Positions 1-10,515 of a stretch of DNA of 64,000 nt are shown piece by piece. Below the pieces are notes generated by a model. It ran no database searches and was not told the origin of the DNA. It saw only the letters and a program-made list of their open reading frames with translations. The stretch is from an uncultured Acidobacteriota bacterium (GTDB taxonomy: Bacteria; Acidobacteriota; Blastocatellia; Pyrinomonadales; Pyrinomonadaceae), in NCBI GenBank assembly GCA_963774105.1, contig CAVZDV010000003.1, forward strand, positions 4,236 to 68,235. The letters are read 5' to 3'. Every line of letters starts with the position of its first letter. The first letter of the stretch is position 1. Made by a program: the position numbers and the translations under genes.

Positions 1-1833
<1,833 letters not shown>

Positions 1834-1882
1834 TCGGAGTCAGGCAAAAGTAAAAAGGTAAAAGTAAAAGCTCAGAGCGCCG

Positions 1883-3571
1883 GTGAGTAGCTTGATGACT
1901 AAACCAGTTCTACTAATTGTTGATGATGACGAGGAGGCGCGGGGGCTCATGGCACGCGACCTTGAGCGTGGGTATGGGAAACGGTATCGCGTTCTTGAAG
2001 CGGATTCCGGGCCGGAGGCGCTTGAGCAGCTTCGAGAGTTGAAGCAGAGCAACAAGCCTGTGGCACTTCTTCTAGTTGGCCAGCGGATGAAGGAGATGGA
2101 CGGAGTAGAGTTTTTGAAGGAGGCGAGAGCGCTGTTCCCGCAGGCCAAGCGCGTCCTGCTGGCGGCATACACGGATGCCGAGGCCGCGATCAGCGCCATT
2201 AACAAGGTCCGCGTAGATCATTATTTGCTGAAGCCCTGGCATCCGCCTGAGCAGAACCTGTACCCCATGCTCAACGACCTGCTGGTGGATTGGGAGACTC
2301 AATCTCATCCTCCAGTCGAAGGCGTGCGCGTCGTCGGCTATCGCTTCTCGCCTCAGTCGCACGAGACGCGCGATTTTCTTGTGCGCAACTGTGTGCCCTT
2401 TCAGTGGCTCGACATTGAGCATGATGAGGAAGCGCGCCGGTTATTGGTTGCTTCGGGGGAGAAGATTATGCGTCTGCCGCTAGTCCTGTTCCCTGACGGC
2501 ACAAGACTCGTGCAGCCGACAAACGCGGAGATCGCGCAGAAGATCGGGCTGAAGGTGCGCCCGAAGGAGACGTTTTACGACCTCGTCATAGTCGGCGGTG
2601 GGCCTGCCGGGTTAGCCGCCGCCGTCTATGGAGCGAGCGAGGGTTTACGGACCGTGATGGTCGAACGCCACGCGCCCGGCGGACAGGCCGGATTGAGTTC
2701 GATGATCGAGAATTATCTGGGCTTTCCGGCGGGCTTGAGCGGGGCGGATTTAGCCCGGCGCGCTGTCGCGCAGGCCAGAAAGTTCAACGTTGAAATCGTT
2801 TCTCCACAGGTGGTGACGGGCCTGCACCGCGCAGGCTCGTTACGCATCGTTCAGCTTAACGACGGCACAGAGCTACGCTGCCACGTAGCGCTCCTGACAA
2901 CCGGAGTCCAGTGGCGCAGGCTCGACGTTCCGGGAATCGAGAGATTGACAGGGGCTGGTGTCTACTACGGCGGGACTCTGGCTGAAGCTCTCTTCTGCCG
3001 TAATGAGGATGTCTACATCGTCGGCGGGGGAAACTCAGCAGGGCAGGCCGCGCTTTACTTCTCCCGCTACGCGCGCACCGTGACCATGCTCGTGAGGGGA
3101 GAAAAGCTGTCGGAGTCAATGTCGCAGTATTTGATCGAGCAGATCAAGGGGACAAAGAACGTCTGTGTGCGTCTGCAAACGACAATCGTCGAGGTGCATG
3201 GGGACGAGCATCTTGAGGCGATCACTATCCTTGATGCTGCGACCAGAGAGAAAGTGTCTCTTCCCACTAATTCGCTCTTCATCTTTATCGGCGCACTGCC
3301 GCACACGGAGTATCTCAAAGGCATCGTGGAGCGAGATCGTTATGGTTTTATTCTAACAGGGCCTGACCTTGTAAAAGTTGACGGCAAGGGAGGCCGCCCG
3401 CGCGGTTGGTCGCTTGACCGCGACCCGTTCTGGCTCGAAGCCAGCACGCCCGGAATATTCGTCGCGGGTGACGTGCGTCACGGGTCCGTGAAGAGGGTCG
3501 CCGCCGGGGTGGGCGAAGGGGCGACCGCCGTACAATTTATTCATCAGTATCTTGCTTCAAGCGAGAGATGA
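1883..3571 (+). CDS. Fused response-regulator receiver / thioredoxin-reductase-like FAD oxidoreductase
   Basis: Receiver motifs (LLIVDDDEEARG, LLLVGQRMKEMDG, LKPW), a Trx-fold-like linker, then FAD/NAD Rossmann motifs VIVGGGPAGLAAAVYGASEG and VYIVGGGNSAGQAALYF and GIFVAGDVR. The TrxR CxxC position reads GGTLAEALFC. Start is GTG 1883 or ATG 1895. Confidence 0.85.
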   Translation: MSSLMTKPVLLIVDDDEEARGLMARDLERGYGKRYRVLEADSGPEALEQLRELKQSNKPVALLLVGQRMKEMDGVEFLKEARALFPQAKRVLLAAYTDAEAAISAINKVRVDHYLLKPWHPPEQNLYPMLNDLLVDWETQSHPPVEGVRVVGYRFSPQSHETRDFLVRNCVPFQWLDIEHDEEARRLLVASGEKIMRLPLVLFPDGTRLVQPTNAEIAQKIGLKVRPKETFYDLVIVGGGPAGLAAAVYGASEGLRTVMVERHAPGGQAGLSSMIENYLGFPAGLSGADLARRAVAQARKFNVEIVSPQVVTGLHRAGSLRIVQLNDGTELRCHVALLTTGVQWRRLDVPGIERLTGAGVYYGGTLAEALFCRNEDVYIVGGGNSAGQAALYFSRYARTVTMLVRGEKLSESMSQYLIEQIKGTKNVCVRLQTTIVEVHGDEHLEAITILDAATREKVSLPTNSLFIFIGALPHTEYLKGIVERDRYGFILTGPDLVKVDGKGGRPRGWSLDRDPFWLEASTPGIFVAGDVRHGSVKRVAAGVGEGATAVQFIHQYLASSER

Positions 3572-3619
3572 AGAAACTTGAGTGATGAGTGATGTTCGTC
3601 TAAGAGAGGAGCTAAAGAA

Positions 3620-4183
3620 ATGTTGCTTGTATATAGGCATAGCTGGTGGACGCTTGCCCTGAGGGGCCTCGCCGCCGTCATCTTTGGTTTACTGACCTTT
3701 TTTATGCCGGGTCTCACCTTGGCGGTGTTGGTCTATCTCTTCGGCGCTTACGCGCTGGTTGACGGCATCCTGGCAATTGCTGCCGGTATCAAGTCGCGCG
3801 AGTCTAAACGTTGGTGGGTACTGCTCATTCAAGGCATCTTGGGCGTCATCGCCGGAGTTCTTACTTTCGTGCTGCCGGGTATTACGGCGCTGGTCTTGCT
3901 CGGCATGATCGCAGGCTGGGCGATAGTGACGGGCGTGTTAGAGATCGTCGCGGCGATTCAGATGCGGAAGTACATCACCGGCGAGTGGCTGCTGGCGCTC
4001 TCAGGCGTCGCCTCGATGCTCTTTGGAGTGGCGCTGCTGATTAACCCGGCTATCGGACTCCTGACACTGACCTTAATCATCGGAGCTTATGCGGTGGTCT
4101 TCGGCGTCCTGTTGCTGCTTCTCGGCTTCAGGTTGCGAGGCTTGGAGCGATCATCTCAACAAATGTCACCGAAACCCGCTTGA
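3620..4183 (+). CDS. HdeD/DUF308-family membrane protein
   Basis: 187 aa, about 6 TM helices, with the repeated DUF308-type pattern (LRGLAAVIFGLLTFFMPG, GILGVIAGVLTFVLPG, YALVDGILAI). Confidence 0.75.
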   Translation: MLLVYRHSWWTLALRGLAAVIFGLLTFFMPGLTLAVLVYLFGAYALVDGILAIAAGIKSRESKRWWVLLIQGILGVIAGVLTFVLPGITALVLLGMIAGWAIVTGVLEIVAAIQMRKYITGEWLLALSGVASMLFGVALLINPAIGLLTLTLIIGAYAVVFGVLLLLLGFRLRGLERSSQQMSPKPA

Positions 4184-4294
4184 CCGAGAGACTGCCATCA
4201 AGAATGCGAGTGCGCACCGATTGGACGCGCATTGGTGTCGTGTTTGTTCCGGGATGAGAGCGGGAATGGAGACTGGAGGAATGGAGGTGGCACG

Positions 4295-5521
4295 ATGAGT
4301 GCTACAAGATACGTGTGTGATGATGGGCAAATGACGGAGCGAGGTCTTCTTGCGGTGGCTCTGATTGTCGTATCTTTTTCGCTTGGAGCGTGCGGCGGCG
4401 GTAATCAAAGCTCCTCAATTCAGCCTTCTGCCTCGCCGACGCCGATTCCGGCTGTCAAAGCCAACCTAACCGACGAGAGCGGCACTGGGGGCAACTCCGT
4501 AGTACCTGTCACTTCCTATGCTGACGTGGTGGGACGGGTCGCGCCTGCTGTAGTCACGATTCATTCGCAATCACGCATGCGCGCCCCTCAACAGTTTCCG
4601 TTTACAGAAGATTCATCATTTCGAGACTTCTTCGGTGATCGCGGTAATGTCCCCCCGATGCGTGCTCAGCAGCGCAGGTCGGGGTTAGGCTCAGGCGTCA
4701 TCGTGAGCACTGACGGCTACATCCTGACGAATCATCACGTCGTTGACGGCGCGGAGCAGATCAAAGTGGATTTGAACGACAACCGCAGTCTAGATGCGAG
4801 GCTCGTAGGCTCCGATCCGCCGTCAGACCTGGCCGTGCTGAAAATAGAGGCCACGAATCTGCCCGTGCTGCCGTTGGGAGATTCGGAGAGTGTGCGGGTC
4901 GGGGACGTGGTGCTCGCCATCGGCAACCCGCTAGGGATCGGCCAGACTGTGACGATGGGCATCATCAGCGCCAAGGGGCGTCAAACGGGACTCTCCGACG
5001 GCAGCTTTGAAGATTTCCTGCAAACCGACGCGCCGATTAATCAAGGCAATTCGGGCGGCGCGCTCGTCAGCACAAACAGCGAGCTGGTCGGCATCAACTC
5101 GCAGATTCTCTCGCCGTCGGGGGGAAGCATCGGTATCGGTTTTGCCATCCCGTCGAACATGGCGCGCCGCGTGTTGGAGCAATTGATTCAGGGCGGCAAA
5201 GTGCGGCGGGGGCAACTCGGAATTGTTGTGCAAAAGGTGACGACAGACATCGCATCGCGTCTCGGACTCAAGGAGGCGAGGGGAGTGGTCGTAGCTCAAG
5301 TGCAGCCGGGCAGTGCCGCCGCGCGAGCAGGTATCAGGCAAGGGGACGTGATTACGTCACTCAATGGCGTTGAGGTCAACGACCCCAACAGTTTTCGAAA
5401 TCAAGTTGCGAGCACACCGCCCGGCTCAGAGATAGTTCTGACCGCCCTCCGTGACGGTCGAGAGCAGCAGGTGCGCGCCACACTCGGAGAATTTACGCCC
5501 CAAAGTGAGCAGAGAAGATGA
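4295..5521 (+). CDS. HtrA/DegP-family S1C serine protease with one PDZ domain
   Basis: Triad contexts TNHHVVDGA, SDLAVLKI and GNSGGALV. C-terminal PDZ (GVVVAQVQPGSAAARAGIRQGDVI). GGAGGTGG precedes ATG 4295. Lipobox-like LAVALIVVSFSLGAC. The track start at 4232 is probably an extension. Confidence 0.9.
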   Translation: MSATRYVCDDGQMTERGLLAVALIVVSFSLGACGGGNQSSSIQPSASPTPIPAVKANLTDESGTGGNSVVPVTSYADVVGRVAPAVVTIHSQSRMRAPQQFPFTEDSSFRDFFGDRGNVPPMRAQQRRSGLGSGVIVSTDGYILTNHHVVDGAEQIKVDLNDNRSLDARLVGSDPPSDLAVLKIEATNLPVLPLGDSESVRVGDVVLAIGNPLGIGQTVTMGIISAKGRQTGLSDGSFEDFLQTDAPINQGNSGGALVSTNSELVGINSQILSPSGGSIGIGFAIPSNMARRVLEQLIQGGKVRRGQLGIVVQKVTTDIASRLGLKEARGVVVAQVQPGSAAARAGIRQGDVITSLNGVEVNDPNSFRNQVASTPPGSEIVLTALRDGREQQVRATLGEFTPQSEQRR

Positions 5522-5552
5522 GCGACGCGAGCCGCAGTGGCCGGGGCGAGAG

Positions 5553-5840
5553 ATGATAACGATTGAAGAGCATATTCAGGGAATAGTCGAAGCGAATTGG
5601 GGTGATAAAGAGGCCCTGATTTATCAAATCGTACATGAGATGCGATTGCTTCGCGCTGCCCTGCCCACACCAGCTTATCTGGAATCCGTCGCTTCGCAAC
5701 TGGAGATGACCTGCGTTCAGGAAATGGATTTGCCTGACGGAACGAGTTTCCACGGGCCTGTCTTTCTGCGGCACGCCGCGCAACTTGTACGCCTTGCGAT
5801 GAGCGAAGAGACAAATCCAGAAAACGAGGCGACCGGTTAG
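5553..5840 (+). CDS. Hypothetical protein (95 aa)
   Basis: In-frame ATG 5553 just after the htrA stop. The track ORF 5451..5840 overlaps htrA. No recognisable motif. Lower GC than the upstream genes by eye. Confidence 0.45.
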   Translation: MITIEEHIQGIVEANWGDKEALIYQIVHEMRLLRAALPTPAYLESVASQLEMTCVQEMDLPDGTSFHGPVFLRHAAQLVRLAMSEETNPENEATG

Positions 5841-5884
5841 GACTCGCTTGCGCGGGACGCGTGCGTCAAAATATCTGAGAGAAC

Positions 5885-6502
5885 ATGCAGGGCCTGAGCA
5901 CATCCATCATCTTTGAGTTGGTCTTGATCGGCTTTCAGGTACTCATCTGGGTCTCGCTGTTGATTTTGACTGTCTTTGGCTACAACTGGCTGCATCTTGA
6001 GATTCTCAAGCAATGGAGTGCACAGCTATCAGTGGCGCTGGTCGGAGTTGCCTATATGTTCGGCTTGATTTTCGACAAGGCCGTGAGCGCATTACCCTAT
6101 AGCTGGATAATTGGCGGCGGCGCTCTGACTAAAGCGGGTGATTTGCCCAGCCCCTTAGAAATGCGTATGCATATACTGGCTAAAAAACCTGAGGTCTCCG
6201 AAGTTCTGGAGAGACGAATAAATCAGCATCGGCTAGTCCGGTCAACCGTTTTCAACCTGGCGCTAATTTCGCTTTCGGCTTTAGTATTCTTTATCACACA
6301 GATAGGTTTCAGGATTCGTCTGTTAATAGTCTTTCTCTTCCTTTCCATTATGTTCGTTGGTCTTGCACTATTTACCGGACGCCGCTCGGCAGAGATACTT
6401 AACTTTGAATTGTTTAAGGCATATCAAGCGATCAATGCCTCCGATCCTGAGAAGTCGGGCGAACCAGATTCACCATCGTCAGCACAGGGACGGAAAGCTT
6501 AA
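5885..6502 (+). CDS. Hypothetical 4-TM membrane protein
   Basis: 205 aa with hydrophobic helices at both ends (IIFELVLIGFQVLIWVSLLILTVF, LSVALVGVAYMFGLIF, FNLALISLSALVFFITQIGF, LLIVFLFLSIMFVGLALF). AT-richer codon usage than the flanks. Confidence 0.6.
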   Translation: MQGLSTSIIFELVLIGFQVLIWVSLLILTVFGYNWLHLEILKQWSAQLSVALVGVAYMFGLIFDKAVSALPYSWIIGGGALTKAGDLPSPLEMRMHILAKKPEVSEVLERRINQHRLVRSTVFNLALISLSALVFFITQIGFRIRLLIVFLFLSIMFVGLALFTGRRSAEILNFELFKAYQAINASDPEKSGEPDSPSSAQGRKA

Positions 6503-6582
6503 AGCGGAACGAGCGCGCTATTCTTATCAGGCGTGGGCATTGATCGCTTTGTGAAAGCAAAGCTAGCGAGGAGGAGAAAATC

Positions 6583-6957
6583 ATGCAAGGTGAAATAGAA
6601 CGCAACCAATGGAAAACATTCCTTGACGAGTTCAGCAAGCGCAACCAACTGCGGCCCACCCTACTGGAAGTCATCGGAGCAGACATCGGTGCGCAGGAGG
6701 AGGAGAAACACCTTCCATTCGTCGGCATCAGTTTCGAGCCGAAAGGAAGCGCAGCCGGGAGCGTGGAGATCATCCTGGGCAGGGAAACAGCCGCCGACGA
6801 AAGACATGTCACCCACACTATTCTCAACGTGCAGCGAATCGTGCCGCTCATCGGCACGAGCGGTCTTGAAGATGGTTTAGGGATTGAAGACAAAGGCGGT
6901 GTGAAGACGCTGCTGCGCTTTGAGACGCTGCCAGAAATTCCAGAAACAACATCGTGA
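6583..6957 (+). CDS. Hypothetical protein (DUF5335-like by recollection)
   Basis: 124 aa with a GGAGGAG SD upstream. The pattern W..FLDEFSKRN...P..LEV......Q.E....PF.GISF matches what I recall for DUF5335. Unverified. Confidence 0.55.
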   Translation: MQGEIERNQWKTFLDEFSKRNQLRPTLLEVIGADIGAQEEEKHLPFVGISFEPKGSAAGSVEIILGRETAADERHVTHTILNVQRIVPLIGTSGLEDGLGIEDKGGVKTLLRFETLPEIPETTS

Positions 6958-7127
6958 GCGCTGGTGGGAGCGTCAACCTGTGGAGCGCCAGTACCTACAG
7001 CGCCGACGGCTACTTATCATGGCCGGTTCTGGTGCAAATTGAGGGGTGCAGAGATAATCTTCACATGCACAATTCTGTCCCGACATATCATCACTGTTCA
7101 GAGGCCGTCACTAGCCGTTTCGGTTAA

Positions 7128-7646
7128 CAGCGTCATTCGGCTGTCCATTTTCCGTCGCGCGTCGGGCGCGAGATGGCCGACATTGGTTTTTGCGCAGCCA
7201 AGAAAACTCGCTTTCATGGGGTGCGCCTGCACTGGATTGCACAAAGACGGTCAGGACGATTGCCGCTCCCCAGCCAAGTCTGGCTGTGTCAAGCCTCGCA
7301 TCACGACGCGAAAGCTTTCATCCAACAGCAGCCACAACTACCGACGACTGAACTGTTCGGCGACTTGGCCTATCCGACGCCGGAGATTGCCTGTCACTGA
7401 AAAGAACAGCAGACGCGACTCATCACACCACAGAAAAAGCCGAAGGGCAAAGACTTAACTCTTGATGAGAAGTATTACAACCGTTTGGTGCGTCGCATCC
7501 GTCAACCCGTAGAAAGTTTGTTCAGCTGGATACAGGAGAAAACTCAGATTCAAAGAGCGAGCAAAGTGCGCTCAACTGACGCGCTGATGATCCATTGCTG
7601 GGGAAAACTGGCAGTCGCTTTCTTTCTCCTCGTTTTCAACTACTGA
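7128..7646 (+). pseudogene. IS982-family DDE transposase relic (frameshifted, N-terminus eroded)
   Basis: Three frames must be spliced: VNSVIRLSIFRRASGAR / ADIGFCAAKKTRFHGVRLHWIAQ...LFGDLAYPTPEI / LTLDEKYYNRLVRRIRQPVESLFSWIQEKTQIQRASKVRSTDALMIHCWGKLAVAFFLLVFNY*. The C..KK..F.G.+LH, GD.AY and VES.FS blocks are those I associate with IS982-type transposases. Confidence 0.7.
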
Positions 7647-7650
7647 TTCG

Positions 7651-8256
7651 CATATTGATTACGAACACTCGCTGGAAGACCTGAAGTCCATTATTGCCGA
7701 CTGCCACAGCGGGGCCGGGCGCATCCGCGACGTGGTGCCGAACCTGCGCCTCTTCTCCCGCCTCGACGAAGCCGAGTTCAAGAAAGTAGATATTCATGAA
7801 GGCATCGAATCAACCATCCGCTTGCTGTCCCAGTATTACGGCTCCGGCCGCATCACGCTCGAACGCGCCTACGCGGACCTGCCCCCGGTGGACTGCTACG
7901 CCGGGCAGTTGAATCAGGTCTGGATGAATCTCTTCATCAACGCGGCGCAGGCGATAAGTAGTGAAGGCCGTGTGCGTGTGGCGACGCGCAGAGAAGACGG
8001 CATGGCCGTCGTCTCAATCAGTGATACAGGGGAGGGCATCGCGCCCGAGCATCTGAAGAGAATCTTCGACCCGTTCTTCACCACCAAACGAGTCGGTGAG
8101 GGAACAGGACTGGGGCTGTCTATAACCTACGGCATCGTTGAACGTCACGGCGGCTCAATTAATGTTGAAAGCCGTTTGGGTGAGGGCACGACGTTTACTG
8201 TCAGACTCCCCATTGACGCCGGCAGGCCGAGACAATCGTCCCAGTTAGATTGCTGA
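7651..8256 (+). pseudogene. Histidine-kinase C-terminal fragment (HATPase_c only)
   Basis: Frame is open from the IS relic end (HIDYEHSLEDLKSIIADCHSGAGRIRDVV...). N box (VWMNLFINAAQA), G1 (DTGEGI) and G2 (GTGLGLSI) are present. There is no H-box or sensor part, which would lie where the IS relic now is. Confidence 0.75.
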
Positions 8257-8519
8257 AACAGACCGCAGCAATCAGGCCGCACATGGTCCGCATCATCCTC
8301 ACCGGCTACACCGACGTTGATGCGCTCGTGGAGGCGATTAACAGCGGCCTGGTCTACAAGTACGTGACGAAGCCTTGGAGCAATGAAGAGCTGCGGCTGA
8401 CGGTCGGCCGCGCGCTGGAACACTACGAGACGACGAAAGCGCGCCACGAGCTTGAGATGGCGAACCAGCGTTTGGTTGCGCGCCTACGAGAGATACAGCA
8501 ACTCGCTGATTTAGATTAG
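8250..8519 (+). pseudogene. C-terminal half of a receiver domain (no phospho-acceptor Asp)
   Basis: LKQTAAIRPHMVRIILTGYTDVDALVEAINSGLVYKYVTKPW is the beta3-to-alpha5 part of a receiver domain. The acidic pocket and Asp are missing, and the frame differs from the kinase fragment. This implies a deletion inside a former hybrid kinase. Confidence 0.6.
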
Positions 8520-9376
8520 TGGAAAGGTTTCCCGCAACCGCTATGTGTGCTTTCTGGCGTCTAAACTAGAAATACTGGTCTGACGAGAGAAATAGTGCAG
8601 GCGATAGGAGATGTGATCTTTCCGAAGGAGGGAAGTTCGCTGAGATTGGTTTGAACGTGACGAAGTTGATTTGCTCGACTTCTGCTCGATTCCTTATAGC
8701 ACTTATACCCTTTAAGCTAGTTTTCTCCGACCGCTCAAAGGTTAAAAGCGGAGGCTTTCAGACTATAAGTAAGGGAAATAATCTTCCGCCCCGCCTTGAC
8801 ACGGTAGGGGGCTGCATCAGTTATTGAGCATTAAGCCCTGATTGTAGGAATCCTCAACAAGAAAGAGTAGGTTGACTACATAGAGAGGCGTAACGAATTA
8901 TAGAGTTGCACTCTTACTGTCTCACGAAAGGAGCCTTCAATCTGAAGCGTTTTTTTGTATCCGTCGCGACTTTGCTAATCTTTTGTCCCTGCCTGTTCGC
9001 TGTTTAATTGAATGTCAAGGACTGAATTTAGACGCCGACTATAATTACGGCATTAGCCCTGAAATCCATCTATACGATCCTTCCGCCAGGCACACCGTTA
9101 GACGGCGGCGTGCGGATATAGAAGAAAAGAAACGGCGTGAATTTAAGCCTTAACCCTAAGGTGCTTTGCGGCCCCTCAGGAGGTTGAAGGCCAGGACGAC
9201 CAACGCGACTACCAGCAGATAGGGCCTGCCCAGAGAGAAGCTGTCAGAAGCCGCGGTCGCGTCCGTCTTCCGCCGAAAAAGTCCCTGCCAATCTCCCGCC
9301 AATTCTCAAGGGGAGAAAACTTTGAAAGCTGTAAACGAATGAGAGTAAAGAAGAACAAATCACCGGAGGCGTCGGC
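8520..9376. other. ORF-free, AT-rich decayed spacer
   Basis: No credible ORF on either strand. Visibly AT-richer than the window average. Bounded by kinase/IS debris on the left and a tRNA-Pro 3' relic on the right. Confidence 0.5.
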
Positions 9377-9406
9377 GGTCGTGAGGTTCAAATCCTCTCG
9401 CCCCGA
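9377..9406 (+). pseudogene. tRNA-Pro 3'-end relic (T-arm plus acceptor 3' strand)
   Basis: GGTCGTGAGGTTCAAATCCTCTCGCCCCGA against the 3' end of the intact tRNA-Pro at 56441..56517 (GGTCGGAGGTTCGAATCCTCTCGCCCCGA). Differences are one indel and one mismatch. No D-arm or anticodon arm can be found upstream. Confidence 0.7.
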
Positions 9407-9414
9407 TAATCTGA

Positions 9415-9450
9415 AAGGTGTGCACCTGTTGCGGCAGGTGCGCACCTTTC
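9415..9450 (+). terminator. Hairpin following the tRNA relic
   Basis: AAAGGTGTGCACCTG-TTGCGG-CAGGTGCGCACCTTT, a 15-bp stem with one G.U pair, followed by CGTCGTTT. Confidence 0.5.
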
Positions 9451-9552
9451 GTCGTTTAGCGCGAGGTTAATGCAAGATCAATTGAAACTTTCACCCCGCG
9501 GAGGGCACTTACTTTGTTCCGGCTTAGACGACAGCCCTTTGGGGGGACGAAG

Positions 9553-10500
9553 ATGGCCTTGCTTTTAACACCCGCCTTGCTGATTCTCTCGCTCGCAGCA
9601 CCAGTCGCCGCCGCTCAGGAGGCACCGAAGCCTGGGCCGCAATGCAAAGAAGAGGTGGTGCGTGACGGCTCGCATCCTGTGTGGAAGGCGATGGACGCGG
9701 TGTACGCCAGGATAGCCGAAGCGGTAAAGAAGAAAGATTATGAAGCCCTGTTCGTCCTCTACGCGCCGGACTTTCAGGTGAAGGTGCACTCCGGCGAAAA
9801 GTGGGGCCGTGAACAGACGGTCGGTTATCTCAGGAACGGCTTCACGCAGGTCAAAGAGACGATTCACACCAGCAACACGATTCTTCAGTTAGTAATCTGC
9901 GGGGATGAAGTGACGGCGACCGTCCTTCAACAGTGGTATCGAATGCAGATGTCGGGGGGCAAGCTGCGGCGGGTGGAGACCAACGGCGTGCAGGACGAGC
10001 GTTGGGTCAAAACTCCAGAGGGTTGGAGGCGCAGATACATAGAGGAGTTGAAGGCCGGGGCCGCTTTTGTGGACGGCAAGCGCGTGGATACGACGAAGCC
10101 GCCCGACCCGGAAGCGCCGGAGTATGACCCTTACGACACGAACCCCAGGCGGCCCGTCGCGGAAGCGCTCCTCCCGATCATCACGGAGAAGGGCATCGAA
10201 GCGGCGCTACAGAGTTACAGGGCTTTGAAGCAGTCAGGCGATTATTACATGAGCGAGAACCAGCTGAACGCCCTGGGCTATCGTCTGCTCGGCATGAAGA
10301 AGGTCAGGGAGGCGGTCGAAATCTTCAAACTCAACGCCGAGACTTACCCGCAGTCGGCCAACGTGTATGACAGCCTGGGCGAGGCTTACATGATAAACGG
10401 CGACAGGGAACTCGCCGTTAAAAATTATCAGAAGGCGGTCGAGTTGAACCCGCAGAACACCAACGCGGCCGAAGCGTTGAAGAGACTGCGGGCACAATGA
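9553..10500 (+). CDS. Secreted NTF2/SnoaL-like (DUF4440-type) plus TPR protein
   Basis: Signal peptide MALLLTPALLILSLAAPVAAAQ. N-terminal NTF2-like block (YARIAEAVKKKDYEALFVLYAPDF...). C-terminal TPR repeats (SANVYDSLGEAYMINGDRELAVKNYQKAVELNPQN). Confidence 0.7.
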   Translation: MALLLTPALLILSLAAPVAAAQEAPKPGPQCKEEVVRDGSHPVWKAMDAVYARIAEAVKKKDYEALFVLYAPDFQVKVHSGEKWGREQTVGYLRNGFTQVKETIHTSNTILQLVICGDEVTATVLQQWYRMQMSGGKLRRVETNGVQDERWVKTPEGWRRRYIEELKAGAAFVDGKRVDTTKPPDPEAPEYDPYDTNPRRPVAEALLPIITEKGIEAALQSYRALKQSGDYYMSENQLNALGYRLLGMKKVREAVEIFKLNAETYPQSANVYDSLGEAYMINGDRELAVKNYQKAVELNPQNTNAAEALKRLRAQ

Positions 10501-10515
10501 GGCCGCCGGCCGGCG

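Noticed and set aside
3579-3594. AGTGATGAGTGAT word after the stop codons at 3571 and 43818 as a functional motif
   Set aside because: I saw only two short occurrences plus a loose reverse match near 44070. That is too little to distinguish from chance or from part of the larger repeat vocabulary.
9290-9406. Full-length or long-variable-arm tRNA, or another intron-containing tRNA, ending at the tRNA-Pro-like 3' segment
   Set aside because: No acceptor 5' strand, D-arm or anticodon arm can be paired within 900 nt upstream. Only the last ~30 nt are tRNA-like.
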